A stretch of 64,000 bases of DNA, taken from contig OZ241896.1 of the NCBI GenBank assembly GCA_965203565.1, positions 553,707 to 617,706 of the forward strand. Direction: 5' to 3'. Below, in pieces: positions 51,324 through 60,249 of this stretch. Each line of letters starts with the position of its first letter. Position 1 is the stretch's first letter. The position numbers and the translations under genes are program-made. The DNA is from Vicinamibacterales bacterium (GTDB lineage: Bacteria > Acidobacteriota > Vicinamibacteria > Vicinamibacterales > UBA8438). Below the pieces are notes generated by a model. That model was not told where the DNA came from. It did no database searches and saw only the letters and a list, made by a program, of their open reading frames with translations.

Positions 51324-52991
51324 TCATTTCGGATCCGGGCCGCCGCCGGTTCGTCCGGCAATGCTGAAAGCCGGATTCCCGTTGTTGGGAATTCTGAAGT
51401 TGAGCAGCGTGCATCCCCCGTGATGGAAATCGACCAGCGGGACAAGACTCGCTTGCGCCATCGCCTCGTTGAGCTCGGCCGCCCTGACCGCGGCTTCGTC
51501 GGGACTGTCGCCCCAGGGAGTGGCGCACCAGAACGGAAAGAGCGCCAGGACCGGTCCGGGGAGCCCCTCGACGAGCGCATCGACGTCCTCCGGCGCGCCG
51601 AGCTCCTTGAACTTGGCCACTCGTATCGGATAACCGGCGGCGGTCAGCGGTCTGGAGTCGAATTGCAGCTCCTCCGGAACGATCAGGGTCGTGTCCGCGG
51701 CGGCATGCTCCTGGATCCACGCCACGGCGTTCACGCGACTGTCGCCCGCGACCTGCAGCTGCTGTCTGCTGAACTCGCGGATGGGCGCGTGCAATCCCCC
51801 TGCGAAGACGCCGAGAAAGACGGCGCCGCCGATCGCCTTTCGATACGCCGGAGTCTTCACACGGCGGATCCAGGGCGCGCGCATCGCCAGCCCGTGCAGT
51901 GAATATACGCCCGCAGCGACCATGACCGCGACAAGCGGAAACACGGGCAATATGTTGCGCTGAAACTCGGCCGACTGCCTTGAAAGAAGGACCGCCAGCG
52001 CGGCCGGAAACGAGGCGAAGACAAGCGCCCGCCGCCAGTCCGACGCCGCAATGGAAACCAGGCCGATCAGGCCGAGCACGAGACCGAGGCCGCCGAAGTC
52101 TCTGGAAAGGGCGTCGACGTAAAACAGCAGGGTGTCGATTCCGGGGTCCCCGCTGTCGCCCGGATGCGTCTCCAAGGCGTAATGCCTCCTTTCCCTCGAG
52201 AGGCTGTTCAGGAAACGCGGCAGTTCGATCACGCTGTAAGGCGTGACAGCGAGGAACGACAGGCCGGACGTCGCCGCGGCGATGACCATCGCCTCCAGCC
52301 GGCGGCCGCGCTCCACGAGCAGCCAGACTGCAATCAGGAGAGGCAGAATCAGAAGGCCGTACGTGTACTTGCTGCCGGCCGCCAGACCGGCGCAGACCGC
52401 CGGCGCGGCGGCGAACCGGCGCGGCGATGCGGGAGAGATCTGCAGGATCGCAGCCATCCCCAGGGTGACGAAGCAGGCGCCGACGATGTCCACGTTCATG
52501 TAGCGCCATGACATGCTGAAGTAATAATTCGAAAGCGCCAGCACGAGCGGCGCGAGCAACAGCGCTCCAGGCCGGCGCAACAGCCGCTGCGCCGCTGCGC
52601 CGCTTGCCGCCAGCGCCACGACCGAGAGCAGCGCGAAAAGTTGCCGTGCTTTCTCGACGACGGGCGGAGCAGTGTAGAACGGAAAGGACACGTCCCCGAT
52701 GTTCTCGATTCTCACGCCGTCCTGCAGGTTCAACTCGGGGGCGGCGACGACGTAACCGACGGCCATCGCCGACGCCGCCAGGTATTTGGGAAAGGATGGA
52801 TAGTTAAAAGAACCCGGATCAAAGTCCCCGGTCTTCAGTATGTGGCCCGCCCGCCAGGCTATGACTCTTTCGTCAAGGTGCTGCGGATAGGGCAAGGATG
52901 CGGAAATGTGTTCGGCGCGCAGGTGGAAACTCGCGACGCAGATGGCGAGCAGCGCAAGGTGGCGGCAGCCGCGTGGCGTCGCGAGAAGCAT
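51324..52991 (-). CDS. GT-C fold glycosyltransferase (GT39/ArnT/PMT_2-like) membrane protein
   Basis: The ATG at 52991 gives a 555-aa product. It is polytopic with an early periplasmic-loop acidic motif (HLDERVIAWRAGHILKTGDFDP) and a C-terminal soluble domain. It is visibly lower in GC than its neighbours. Confidence 0.6.
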   Translation of the reverse strand: MLLATPRGCRHLALLAICVASFHLRAEHISASLPYPQHLDERVIAWRAGHILKTGDFDPGSFNYPSFPKYLAASAMAVGYVVAAPELNLQDGVRIENIGDVSFPFYTAPPVVEKARQLFALLSVVALAASGAAAQRLLRRPGALLLAPLVLALSNYYFSMSWRYMNVDIVGACFVTLGMAAILQISPASPRRFAAAPAVCAGLAAGSKYTYGLLILPLLIAVWLLVERGRRLEAMVIAAATSGLSFLAVTPYSVIELPRFLNSLSRERRHYALETHPGDSGDPGIDTLLFYVDALSRDFGGLGLVLGLIGLVSIAASDWRRALVFASFPAALAVLLSRQSAEFQRNILPVFPLVAVMVAAGVYSLHGLAMRAPWIRRVKTPAYRKAIGGAVFLGVFAGGLHAPIREFSRQQLQVAGDSRVNAVAWIQEHAAADTTLIVPEELQFDSRPLTAAGYPIRVAKFKELGAPEDVDALVEGLPGPVLALFPFWCATPWGDSPDEAAVRAAELNEAMAQASLVPLVDFHHGGCTLLNFRIPNNGNPAFSIAGRTGGGPDPK

Positions 52992-52993
52992 TT

Positions 52994-53908
52994 TTATTGC
53001 CGACCTGCAAAGGGACCTTCGACTGCTTTTCGATCCAGCCGCCAGTCGGCGCCGACGATTTCGGCGACCACCCGCTCGGCGAGCGGCGGGCTGATCCCGC
53101 ACGAGGCGTCGTTGATGCGGCATTGCGCCAGCGTCAGCGAGCAGCCGCAGGGACACCCGTCCTCGTTGAGGCGCTGCAGGACCTGCTCCTTCTGCCGCGG
53201 CGTCAGTTCCGACAGGTCGAGTCCGGGGATGCTGGTGGCGTGGGCCGCGTTGACGAGGCGCGTGGTGTCGTTCCCGTCGATCAGATCGACGTCGACCGCG
53301 GTCGGGAGCGCCGTGAGGTAACGGACCTCCTGCTCGAACACGGCCGGGCTGATCAGCCCCACGTGGGTCTGTGCAATCCGGCCCTCCGGGTCGACGACAA
53401 ACGACGTGGGGAGCGCGAAGACGCCGGGGAACCGCCGGTTGATCTCCTCGGTCGCCATGACGATCGGATAGTTGATCCCCATCTCGCCTGCGAACGTCTC
53501 GACCGCCGCCGCGCCGCCTTCGTCGGTCGAGACGCCGATCACCTGCAACTGGTCGGGGTAGCGGTCCTGCAGCGCGATCAGGTCCGGTATCTCCTGCCGG
53601 CACGGTCCGCACCAGGTGGCCCAGAAGTTCACCAGCGCCACCTTCCCGCGCCAGTCGCGCGTCGAGATCGTCCGGCCGTCGAGCGTCCGCATCGTCAGAT
53701 CCTCGACCGGGACCGGCTCGCGGAGCAGCTCGATCGTCATCCCGCCGTCCGGCAGCGGATGGACCGGTTCGGGCGCGGGCGGCGCAGGGTCGCCGGACGG
53801 CCCGCAGCCGGCGGCCGGAAGAGCAGCGCCGGCGGCGGCGAGGACGGCGACCGTGAAGGCGCCCGCCGTGGCGGCGCGTGCGGGAAGACGTCGCGGAAGA
53901 CGTTTCAT
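52994..53908 (-). CDS. TlpA-like thiol:disulfide oxidoreductase lipoprotein with C-terminal Cys-rich domain
   Basis: A lipobox (LPAAGC) and the redoxin core LVNFWATWCGPCRQEIP are present. The C-terminus is LNEDGCPCGCSLTLAQCRINDASC. The stop lies 2 nt from the GT-C gene start. Confidence 0.8.
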   Translation of the reverse strand: MKRLPRRLPARAATAGAFTVAVLAAAGAALPAAGCGPSGDPAPPAPEPVHPLPDGGMTIELLREPVPVEDLTMRTLDGRTISTRDWRGKVALVNFWATWCGPCRQEIPDLIALQDRYPDQLQVIGVSTDEGGAAAVETFAGEMGINYPIVMATEEINRRFPGVFALPTSFVVDPEGRIAQTHVGLISPAVFEQEVRYLTALPTAVDVDLIDGNDTTRLVNAAHATSIPGLDLSELTPRQKEQVLQRLNEDGCPCGCSLTLAQCRINDASCGISPPLAERVVAEIVGADWRLDRKAVEGPFAGRQ

Positions 53909-54001
53909 GAGATCAGGCGCTTCGGGCGCCGCCCCCTGCGGCGGTTCATTGTACCGCCTGTTCCGGCCGCACGGGCAGCAAGAGCATCCTGGTTCGAAAG
54001 C

Positions 54002-54055
54002 GGTCAGCCGGGCTCCTCACCGCTCTCGGCGCGACGCGGGGTTCCGCCACGGGCT
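54002..54055 (+). repeat. Remnant of the TIR element (3' end)
   Basis: GTCAGCCGGGCTCCTCACCGCTCTCGGCGCGACGCGGGGTTCCGCCACGGGCTG matches the last ~54 bp of the full element. Confidence 0.65.
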
Positions 54056-54070
54056 GCAAGGATCCGAGGA

Positions 54071-55450
54071 TCACCGGTAGCCGAACTCGACGGCCGCCGC
54101 GAGGGCGAGCGCTGCGACGACGTACAGCTTGAGCAGCAGGGGCGCGACGAAGGCGACCCAGCGTTGGTACGGGATCCGGGCGAGCGCCAGCATCCCCATC
54201 AGCAGCGCGTTGGTCGGGACCAGCATGTTCGTGAAGCCGTCGCCGAACTGGTAGGCGAGCACCGCGGTCTGGCGCGTGACCCCGGTCAGGTCGGCGAGCG
54301 GCGCCATGATCGGCATCGTCACGTACGCCTGCCCCGAGCCGGACGGGATGAACAGGTTGCAGACCGTCTGCGCCGCGAGCATGCCGATTGCGGCGGCGTG
54401 GGCCGGCAGCGAGCCGAGCGGCGCGGCCAGCCAGTGGACGATCGTGTCGATGACGCGCGCGTCGGCCAGCAGCACCTGGATCGTCCGGGCGAAACCGATG
54501 AGGAGCGCGGACGGCGTCATCTCCGCCGCCCCGGCGAGGAACGCGCGCGCCGCCGCGTTCGGCCCGACCCCGCCGGCCAGCGCCGCCAGCAGCCCGATGG
54601 CGAGGAATACGGCCGACAACTCGGCCAGATACCAGCCGCGGGCCACCGCGCCGTGGACGAACAGGGCGACTCCGGCGACCAGGATCAGGACGACTCCGGT
54701 GCGCCGCCAGGTAAGCGGCAAGCCGGCCGCCGTCTCGAAGCCGTGCGCGTAGTCGACGTCCGCCACGAGGCTCGACCCGGGATCGCGGCGCACGCGCGCG
54801 GCGTAACGCAGGACGTGGTGCGTTCCGACCGCCGCGCAGACCAGCAGCAGCCCCCACCGCACCGGTTGGCCGGAGGTCAGCGGGACGCCCGCGACGTCCT
54901 GGGCGATCAGCACGGTGAACGGATTGAGCGCCGCGCACGCATAACCGACCCCGGCGCCGGCGTAGACGATCCCGACCGCGACCACGGCGTCGAGCCGCAA
55001 CGCCAGGCACATCGCCACCAGGATCGGCACGAACGGCAGGTACTCCTCGGCCATGCCGACGGTCGACGAACCGAGCGCGAACAGCCCGACCAGCCCGCCG
55101 ACGAGCCACGCCGGCCGGGACGCCAGCCGCGAGACGGCTGCGCCGACCGCCGCGTCGACCGCGCCGGTGACCACCACGACGCGGATGACGCCGCCGACGA
55201 GGAAGACGAAGAAGATGATTTCCTGCGCCGCCGCCAGGCCGGCGGGAACCGCGGTCAGGAACGCCAGCGGCGGCGGCGGGTCGGCGTCTATCGCGCGGTA
55301 GGTTCCTTGCACGACCTGCCGGCCGTCCCGCTCGAACTCGCCGGCCGGGATCGCCCAGCTCGCCGCCTGCGCGAGCACGATCAGCGCGAAGACGAGAACG
55401 AGCGAGTCGGGAAAGCGGCGCGGGAACGCGGCCTCGCGAGCAGGCGACAA
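54071..55450 (-). CDS. YfcC-family (DcuC/ArcD-like) membrane transporter
   Basis: The 459-aa polytopic ORF starts FP(D/H)..VL.F.LI.LA. The blocks GAVDA.....L, ..MAEE and ...NPFTV.IAQ are typical of the YfcC family. Confidence 0.75.
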   Translation of the reverse strand: MSPAREAAFPRRFPDSLVLVFALIVLAQAASWAIPAGEFERDGRQVVQGTYRAIDADPPPPLAFLTAVPAGLAAAQEIIFFVFLVGGVIRVVVVTGAVDAAVGAAVSRLASRPAWLVGGLVGLFALGSSTVGMAEEYLPFVPILVAMCLALRLDAVVAVGIVYAGAGVGYACAALNPFTVLIAQDVAGVPLTSGQPVRWGLLLVCAAVGTHHVLRYAARVRRDPGSSLVADVDYAHGFETAAGLPLTWRRTGVVLILVAGVALFVHGAVARGWYLAELSAVFLAIGLLAALAGGVGPNAAARAFLAGAAEMTPSALLIGFARTIQVLLADARVIDTIVHWLAAPLGSLPAHAAAIGMLAAQTVCNLFIPSGSGQAYVTMPIMAPLADLTGVTRQTAVLAYQFGDGFTNMLVPTNALLMGMLALARIPYQRWVAFVAPLLLKLYVVAALALAAAVEFGYR

Positions 55451-55554
55451 ACTAGGGCCCGCCGTCCAGAGGCGGCTTGAAAAGCCTTCGCATCAGGTCC
55501 CGCCGACGCTCGTCCAGGCGGTGCTCCGGAAGCAGCTCGGAGCGCCGGGGCGGG

Positions 55555-56556
55555 CTACTTCGACGCCGGCGCGGCGGCGGCCTCTTCGGCGCGCGACCCG
55601 CGGAGCGCGTTCGGCAGGAAGTAGTTCCCTTCGTGGCACGCATATTCGTACAGCGACCCGTCGAGCGCCGTCATCGGCATCGACGCCGTCCAGGAGCCGG
55701 TCCACACGGTCGGGTCGGTCACCGTCACCTGGTAGTCGATCGTGTCGGCGTCGATGCGGGTGAACCGCTCGACGACGTGCAGATGCTCGTCGCCGCCGGA
55801 GACGGTGCCGGTCCGCTGCCCGATCCTGTCGTTGAAGTTCGTGCTCTCGACCACCAGCGTGTCGCCGTCCCAGTATCCCCGCGCGTCGCCCAGCCACTGG
55901 CGGATCGCCGGGGAGACGGCCGCCCGTCCACCCGGAGCGTCGTCCAGCGGGATGATCCGGGCGTCGTGGATCATCTCGACGACGATCGCCACGTGGTCCG
56001 GCGTCTGGAGGATCTGGTAGTTGTGGTTGTAGAACCCCGGCGTCATCGCGCCCGGCATGCCGCGGGTGATGCACCGGTCGTAGGTGTTGAAGTCGGTGTA
56101 CGTGTCGAAGCTGGCGCCGCCGATCGAGCTGTAGGAGCTCTTCCGGCCGCGCTGCAGCTCCTGCTCGGCCGGCGTCGCCGCCGGCAGCCGGCCGTCGGCC
56201 GGCCGCACGATGAGGGACGTCCGCCTGGACAACTCGCCCTGCTCGAGCCAGTAGTCGTTGTAGAAGCCGACCGGGTCGCCGCTCGGGCGATCGTCGCTCA
56301 GCCCCGCCTCAGGGTTGCGCAGGGCCCATTCCTCGTCGGTCAGCACTTCCTTGCCGGCCAGATCCTCCGGCCGCTCCAGCGGCGTGGTGGTGGTGTTCGT
56401 CCAGACCCCCTGCAGGTCCGGATCGCCCCAGGACGTCACCGGCGGGGACGACGAACCGGCGGCGGCGTCCTGTCCGGCGGCCGGCGGCGGAGCGAGCAGC
56501 AGCAGCAGCAGCACGGCGACCGGCGCGAGCAGCATTCCGACAGCGCGATGGCGCAT
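55555..56556 (-). CDS. Uncharacterised secreted protein, WGDPDLQG...ACHEGNY family (paralogue P2)
   Basis: AAGGAGG precedes the ATG at 56556, and a signal peptide follows. The motifs are TSWGDPDLQGVW, SLIVRPADGRLP, WDGDTLVVESTNFNDR and YEYACHEGNYFL. Confidence 0.75.
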   Translation of the reverse strand: MRHRAVGMLLAPVAVLLLLLLAPPPAAGQDAAAGSSSPPVTSWGDPDLQGVWTNTTTTPLERPEDLAGKEVLTDEEWALRNPEAGLSDDRPSGDPVGFYNDYWLEQGELSRRTSLIVRPADGRLPAATPAEQELQRGRKSSYSSIGGASFDTYTDFNTYDRCITRGMPGAMTPGFYNHNYQILQTPDHVAIVVEMIHDARIIPLDDAPGGRAAVSPAIRQWLGDARGYWDGDTLVVESTNFNDRIGQRTGTVSGGDEHLHVVERFTRIDADTIDYQVTVTDPTVWTGSWTASMPMTALDGSLYEYACHEGNYFLPNALRGSRAEEAAAAPASK

Positions 56557-56593
56557 CACGACCTCCTTGTCCGTCACTTCGTCCGTCACCTCG

Positions 56594-57613
56594 TCACTTG
56601 GACCGTCCCGCCGCCTCGAGGACCCGTTCGCCCGCCAGGATGTTCGGCATGCTGTAGTTCCCCTCGTGACAGGCATATTCGTACAGGTCCCCGTCGGTCC
56701 TGACGAACGGGAACTCGCCCGAGAAGCTGCGCGTCCACCGCGTCGGGTCCTCTATCGTGAACCGGTAGTCGATGGCGTCGTCGCCGACCCGGGTGAACCG
56801 CTCGACGATCCGGATGGTGTCGTCGGTCCGGCCGTTCGACGCCCGCACCTCGATCTCGTCCGCGCCCTGCACCCCCGGCTCGCCTTCCGTCCGCCGGACG
56901 TTGGTCGTTTCGACGACGAGCGTGTCGCCCTCCCAGCGTCCGCGCATGTCGCCCAGGTACTGGCGGATGCGCGGCGGGAGGTGAGGCCGGCCGTCGAGCG
57001 GGATGATCCGGGTGTCGTGGATCATCTCGACCTGGATCGCCACGTAGTCGGGGGTCTGGAAGATCATGTAGGTGTTGTTGTACGGCCCGGGCATCATCGG
57101 CGGGCCGGCGGACCAGACGATGCAGCGGTCGTTGAGCTGGAAGTCCATCCAGGTGTCGGCCTCGCCGCGGGTCAGCCGCTCCTCGGAGCGCCTGGCGGCG
57201 TGCCGCGCGTACTCGGGCGTCACGGGCGGGATGCGCCCGTCGGGCGGATCGACGATCAGCGACGTGCGCCCGGTCGGCCGGGTGCCAAAGTCGAGCCAGA
57301 AGTTGTTGTAGGCGCCGACGTCGCCGCCGGCCACCGTCTTCTCGGGCGGCGCGTGCAGCAGCCGCTCGTTCCGCTCGACCCGTTCGCGTTCGAGCGCGAC
57401 GATCTCGTCCTCGGTCAGAAACTCCCGGTCCGCGAGATCGTCCGGGCGCTGCACCGGCGTGATCGTCTTGTTCGTGTAGGTCCCCATCAGGTCCGGATCG
57501 CCCCACGGAGTCCGGGGCGCGGTCCAGCCGCCCGCGTCCTGACCGGCGGCGGCCGGCGCCGGGCCGGCGAGCGCTACGGCGATCGACCATGCGACGAGAT
57601 GCGACTGCTTCAT
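56594..57613 (-). CDS. Uncharacterised secreted protein, WGDPDLQG...ACHEGNY family (paralogue P3)
   Basis: GGAGG precedes the ATG at 57613, and a signal peptide follows. The motifs are TPWGDPDLMGTY, SLIVDPPDGRIPPVTPE, WEGDTLVVETTN and YEYACHEGNYSM. Confidence 0.75.
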   Translation of the reverse strand: MKQSHLVAWSIAVALAGPAPAAAGQDAGGWTAPRTPWGDPDLMGTYTNKTITPVQRPDDLADREFLTEDEIVALERERVERNERLLHAPPEKTVAGGDVGAYNNFWLDFGTRPTGRTSLIVDPPDGRIPPVTPEYARHAARRSEERLTRGEADTWMDFQLNDRCIVWSAGPPMMPGPYNNTYMIFQTPDYVAIQVEMIHDTRIIPLDGRPHLPPRIRQYLGDMRGRWEGDTLVVETTNVRRTEGEPGVQGADEIEVRASNGRTDDTIRIVERFTRVGDDAIDYRFTIEDPTRWTRSFSGEFPFVRTDGDLYEYACHEGNYSMPNILAGERVLEAAGRSK

Positions 57614-57635
57614 GGCTGCTGCCTCCACCCGCCGA

Positions 57636-58859
57636 TCATACTCCTCCTCGCCAGTCTTGCGGGCGGCTTTCCGCACGCCGTTGCGCCGCCGCCTCGCCCG
57701 AGCGCATCAGCGCGAACCGCGTGCTGATCGGGCCGATCATCTCGAAGACGGCGACCGCCGCCAGGACCACGGTGGAGACGACCGGGCCGAACGTGTCGTA
57801 GCGCTGCTCGATCGCTATCGTCAGTCCGACCGCCAGTCCCGCCTGCGCCAGCAGCCCGAACCCGAGGAAGTTTCGGACGTTCGGGTCGAGCCGCAGCCAC
57901 CGCGCCCCGGCGACCGCGCCGACGAACTTGCCCGCCGAACGGCCGGCCACGTAGACCAGCCCGACCGCGCCCATCGCCGGGACCAGCGTCAGATCGAGGT
58001 CGGCGCCGGCGATGACGAAGAAGATGGCGTAGAACGGCGGATCGGTGCCGGCCAGCGTCTCGAACAGGCTCCGGCTGCGTGCGGTCAGGTTCACCATGGT
58101 CGCTCCCACGGCGAGGCTGGCGACGAGCGGCGAGAGCTCGAGCAGGCGGGAGACGCCGACGCAGAGCAGGATCGAGCCGGCGAGCAGGATCAGCATCTCG
58201 CCGGTCTCGCGCACCCGGGTCGACCAGCCGGCCAGCAGCATGCCGACCAGGTACCCCCAGGCGGCCGAACCGGCAAGCTGCCAGATCAGCGGGAAGGCGG
58301 CCCGGTGGACGGCGTCGAAGAGCGACGCGCCGCCGAGGCCGGACGCAAGGTCGATCGTCGCGGCGGCGGCGGCGTAGGCGGCGATGCAGAACAGGTTGTT
58401 GACGGCGATGATCCCGAGCAGGTTCTCGGTCACCGGCCCGGCGCTGTCGCATTCGCGGATCACCATCAGCGTGGAGGCGGGGGCGGTGGCGATGGCGACC
58501 GCCCCGAGCAGCAGGGCGACCTGCCACGGCTGGCCCAGGACCAGGACGCCGGCCGTGACCAGCGCCGCCGCCAGCACCGATTCGATCAGCGTGAGCTGAA
58601 GGAACTGCCGGCCGAGGCGGCGGAACCGCGAGAACTCGAAGACCGATCCGATCGAGAACAGGATCAGCCCGAGCGCCACCTCGCTCAGCACTTCGAGCGC
58701 GAGCAGGTTCTCGGCCGACACCCAACCGAGGATCGACGGGCCGAGCGCGATGCCGGCCAGGATGTACCCGGTGACTTCCGGTATCCGCACCACCTTGACC
58801 AGGTGTCCGGCCAGCAGCGCCAGCAGCAGGATGAGGCCGAGCGAGGTCAGCTCGTCCAT
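57636..58859 (-). CDS. Cation:proton antiporter (CPA2/Kef-type membrane domain)
   Basis: The 407-aa ORF starts LGLILLLALLAGHLVKVVRIPEVTGYILAGIALGPS. It has about 11-12 TM segments and no RCK domain. Confidence 0.85.
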   Translation of the reverse strand: MDELTSLGLILLLALLAGHLVKVVRIPEVTGYILAGIALGPSILGWVSAENLLALEVLSEVALGLILFSIGSVFEFSRFRRLGRQFLQLTLIESVLAAALVTAGVLVLGQPWQVALLLGAVAIATAPASTLMVIRECDSAGPVTENLLGIIAVNNLFCIAAYAAAAATIDLASGLGGASLFDAVHRAAFPLIWQLAGSAAWGYLVGMLLAGWSTRVRETGEMLILLAGSILLCVGVSRLLELSPLVASLAVGATMVNLTARSRSLFETLAGTDPPFYAIFFVIAGADLDLTLVPAMGAVGLVYVAGRSAGKFVGAVAGARWLRLDPNVRNFLGFGLLAQAGLAVGLTIAIEQRYDTFGPVVSTVVLAAVAVFEMIGPISTRFALMRSGEAAAQRRAESRPQDWRGGV

Positions 58860-58865
58860 GGCGGG

Positions 58866-60140
58866 TCACGGCAGGAGGAGACCGAGGCGGCGGCCGGCCC
58901 GCTCCAGCTCGACGAACGCCGGCGCGGCGCGCTCGGACGACAGCAGGCTGCGCGCCTCGTCGGCGGCGGCGACCTCGGCGCCGTCGATCCGCAGCAGCCG
59001 GTCCCCGGGGCGGATGCCGGCGGCGGCCGCCCGGCTGCCGGGAGCGACCGCGTCCACGGCCAGACCGGCGGGCGGAGGCGCCCAGACCAGGCCGGCGGCG
59101 TCCGGGCGGGACGCCGGGGAACCGGCGTCGGCCGACGCGCCCGGCATCGGGACGTTGACCACGTCGCCGCCCCGGTCCACGGTCAGCACGAACGCGACGT
59201 TCGCGGCCGCGCCGGCGATCGGTTCGAGTTGCGCCACGTCCGTGACCGGCGCCGCGTTGACGGCGAGCAGGACGTCGCCGGGGGCGACGCCGGCGGCGTC
59301 CGCCGGCCGGCCGGTCCACACCTCGCGCACGAGAAGCCTCGGCCGCCGGCCGAAATGGTCCTGTTCCGCTTCGGTCATCGGCTCCAGCCGGAGCCCGTAC
59401 CGCGCGGCGAGCCGTCCGGCGATCGACTGCCCGTCGCGCAGCAGCGCCGCGATCCCGTCCACGACGACGGCGGCGAAGCGATCGGCGCACGGGATGACGA
59501 CGGCCATCAGGCCGCCGTCGAGGTCGAACACCCCCCCGCCGGCCATCTCCCGGGTCCAGGTCACGCTCGAGAGCAGCTCGTCGACGAGCCGCCCGCCGCA
59601 CCGCACCGGCGCGGCGCCGAGGAAGTGCGCCGGCGTGAAGTGCACCTGCCGGCCGCGCCGCCACACGGCGAGCGCCCACTCGCCGCGGCCGAGGCCCGCC
59701 GCCGCGCGCGGCCGGGGCGGGCTGAGCCCTTCCACGGGCGACATGCGGAGCGCGGCGACAGGCAGGTCCGGACCGGCCGTCACCGAGGCGACGCCGACGT
59801 CGCCGGCCGGCGTCGAAAGGATGGCGGCGTCGGGAAAACGCCGCTCGGTGCGCCCGGTCACCACCAGGTCCGGCTCCCAGACGATGCCGCTGCGCCCGAG
59901 GCCGGGCAGGCCTACGACGCTCACCTCCACGTCGTCCGCCACCGCCGCGAAGTACTCGGCCATGGCGTCGATCGCCCGGCGTTGCGACAGGCGGGCCAGA
60001 CGGCCGAGCTCGGCCTGCGACGGCCCCGGCCGCGGCTCGTCGGTCGTGGCGGGCCCGGGGCGCAGCAAGCCGCCCACGACCAGGATCCCGGCGGCCACGG
60101 CGGCCAGGGTCACGAGGTACCGGCGGTCGATCGGGTCCAC
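58866..60140 (-). CDS. HtrA-like trypsin-fold plus two PDZ domains, catalytic residues apparently missing
   Basis: An N-terminal TM anchor is present. The position of GNSGGP reads MAGGGVF, and no His occupies the TNxHV position. Two PDZ-like segments are present: GVAPGDVLLAVNAAPV and GIRPGDRLLRIDGAEV. Confidence 0.6.
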   Translation of the reverse strand: MDPIDRRYLVTLAAVAAGILVVGGLLRPGPATTDEPRPGPSQAELGRLARLSQRRAIDAMAEYFAAVADDVEVSVVGLPGLGRSGIVWEPDLVVTGRTERRFPDAAILSTPAGDVGVASVTAGPDLPVAALRMSPVEGLSPPRPRAAAGLGRGEWALAVWRRGRQVHFTPAHFLGAAPVRCGGRLVDELLSSVTWTREMAGGGVFDLDGGLMAVVIPCADRFAAVVVDGIAALLRDGQSIAGRLAARYGLRLEPMTEAEQDHFGRRPRLLVREVWTGRPADAAGVAPGDVLLAVNAAPVTDVAQLEPIAGAAANVAFVLTVDRGGDVVNVPMPGASADAGSPASRPDAAGLVWAPPPAGLAVDAVAPGSRAAAAGIRPGDRLLRIDGAEVAAADEARSLLSSERAAPAFVELERAGRRLGLLLP

Positions 60141-60249
60141 AAGAGGAGGAAGGAACGCAGGGGGCGGAGCCGATCCGCGCCGGCGGCGGCCCTCCGCGAA
60201 GCAGGACGGCCCCGGCTGAAACCGGAAAAGACTGCGGCGCGCCTTCGGA

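Noticed and set aside
49147-54055. The 5' element remnant at 49147 and the 3' remnant at 54002 bracket a 4.9-kb block (PTE-family gene, P1, GT-C gene, TlpA-like gene) that is partly lower in GC. This could be a composite or cargo-carrying transposon.
   Set aside because: The flanking 4-mers differ (GTAG versus CAAG), so no target duplication is shared. The 49147 remnant retains internal blocks of the 3' half, which suggests an independent decayed insertion. No transposase lies inside. The idea is worth a genome-wide check but is not supportable from this window.
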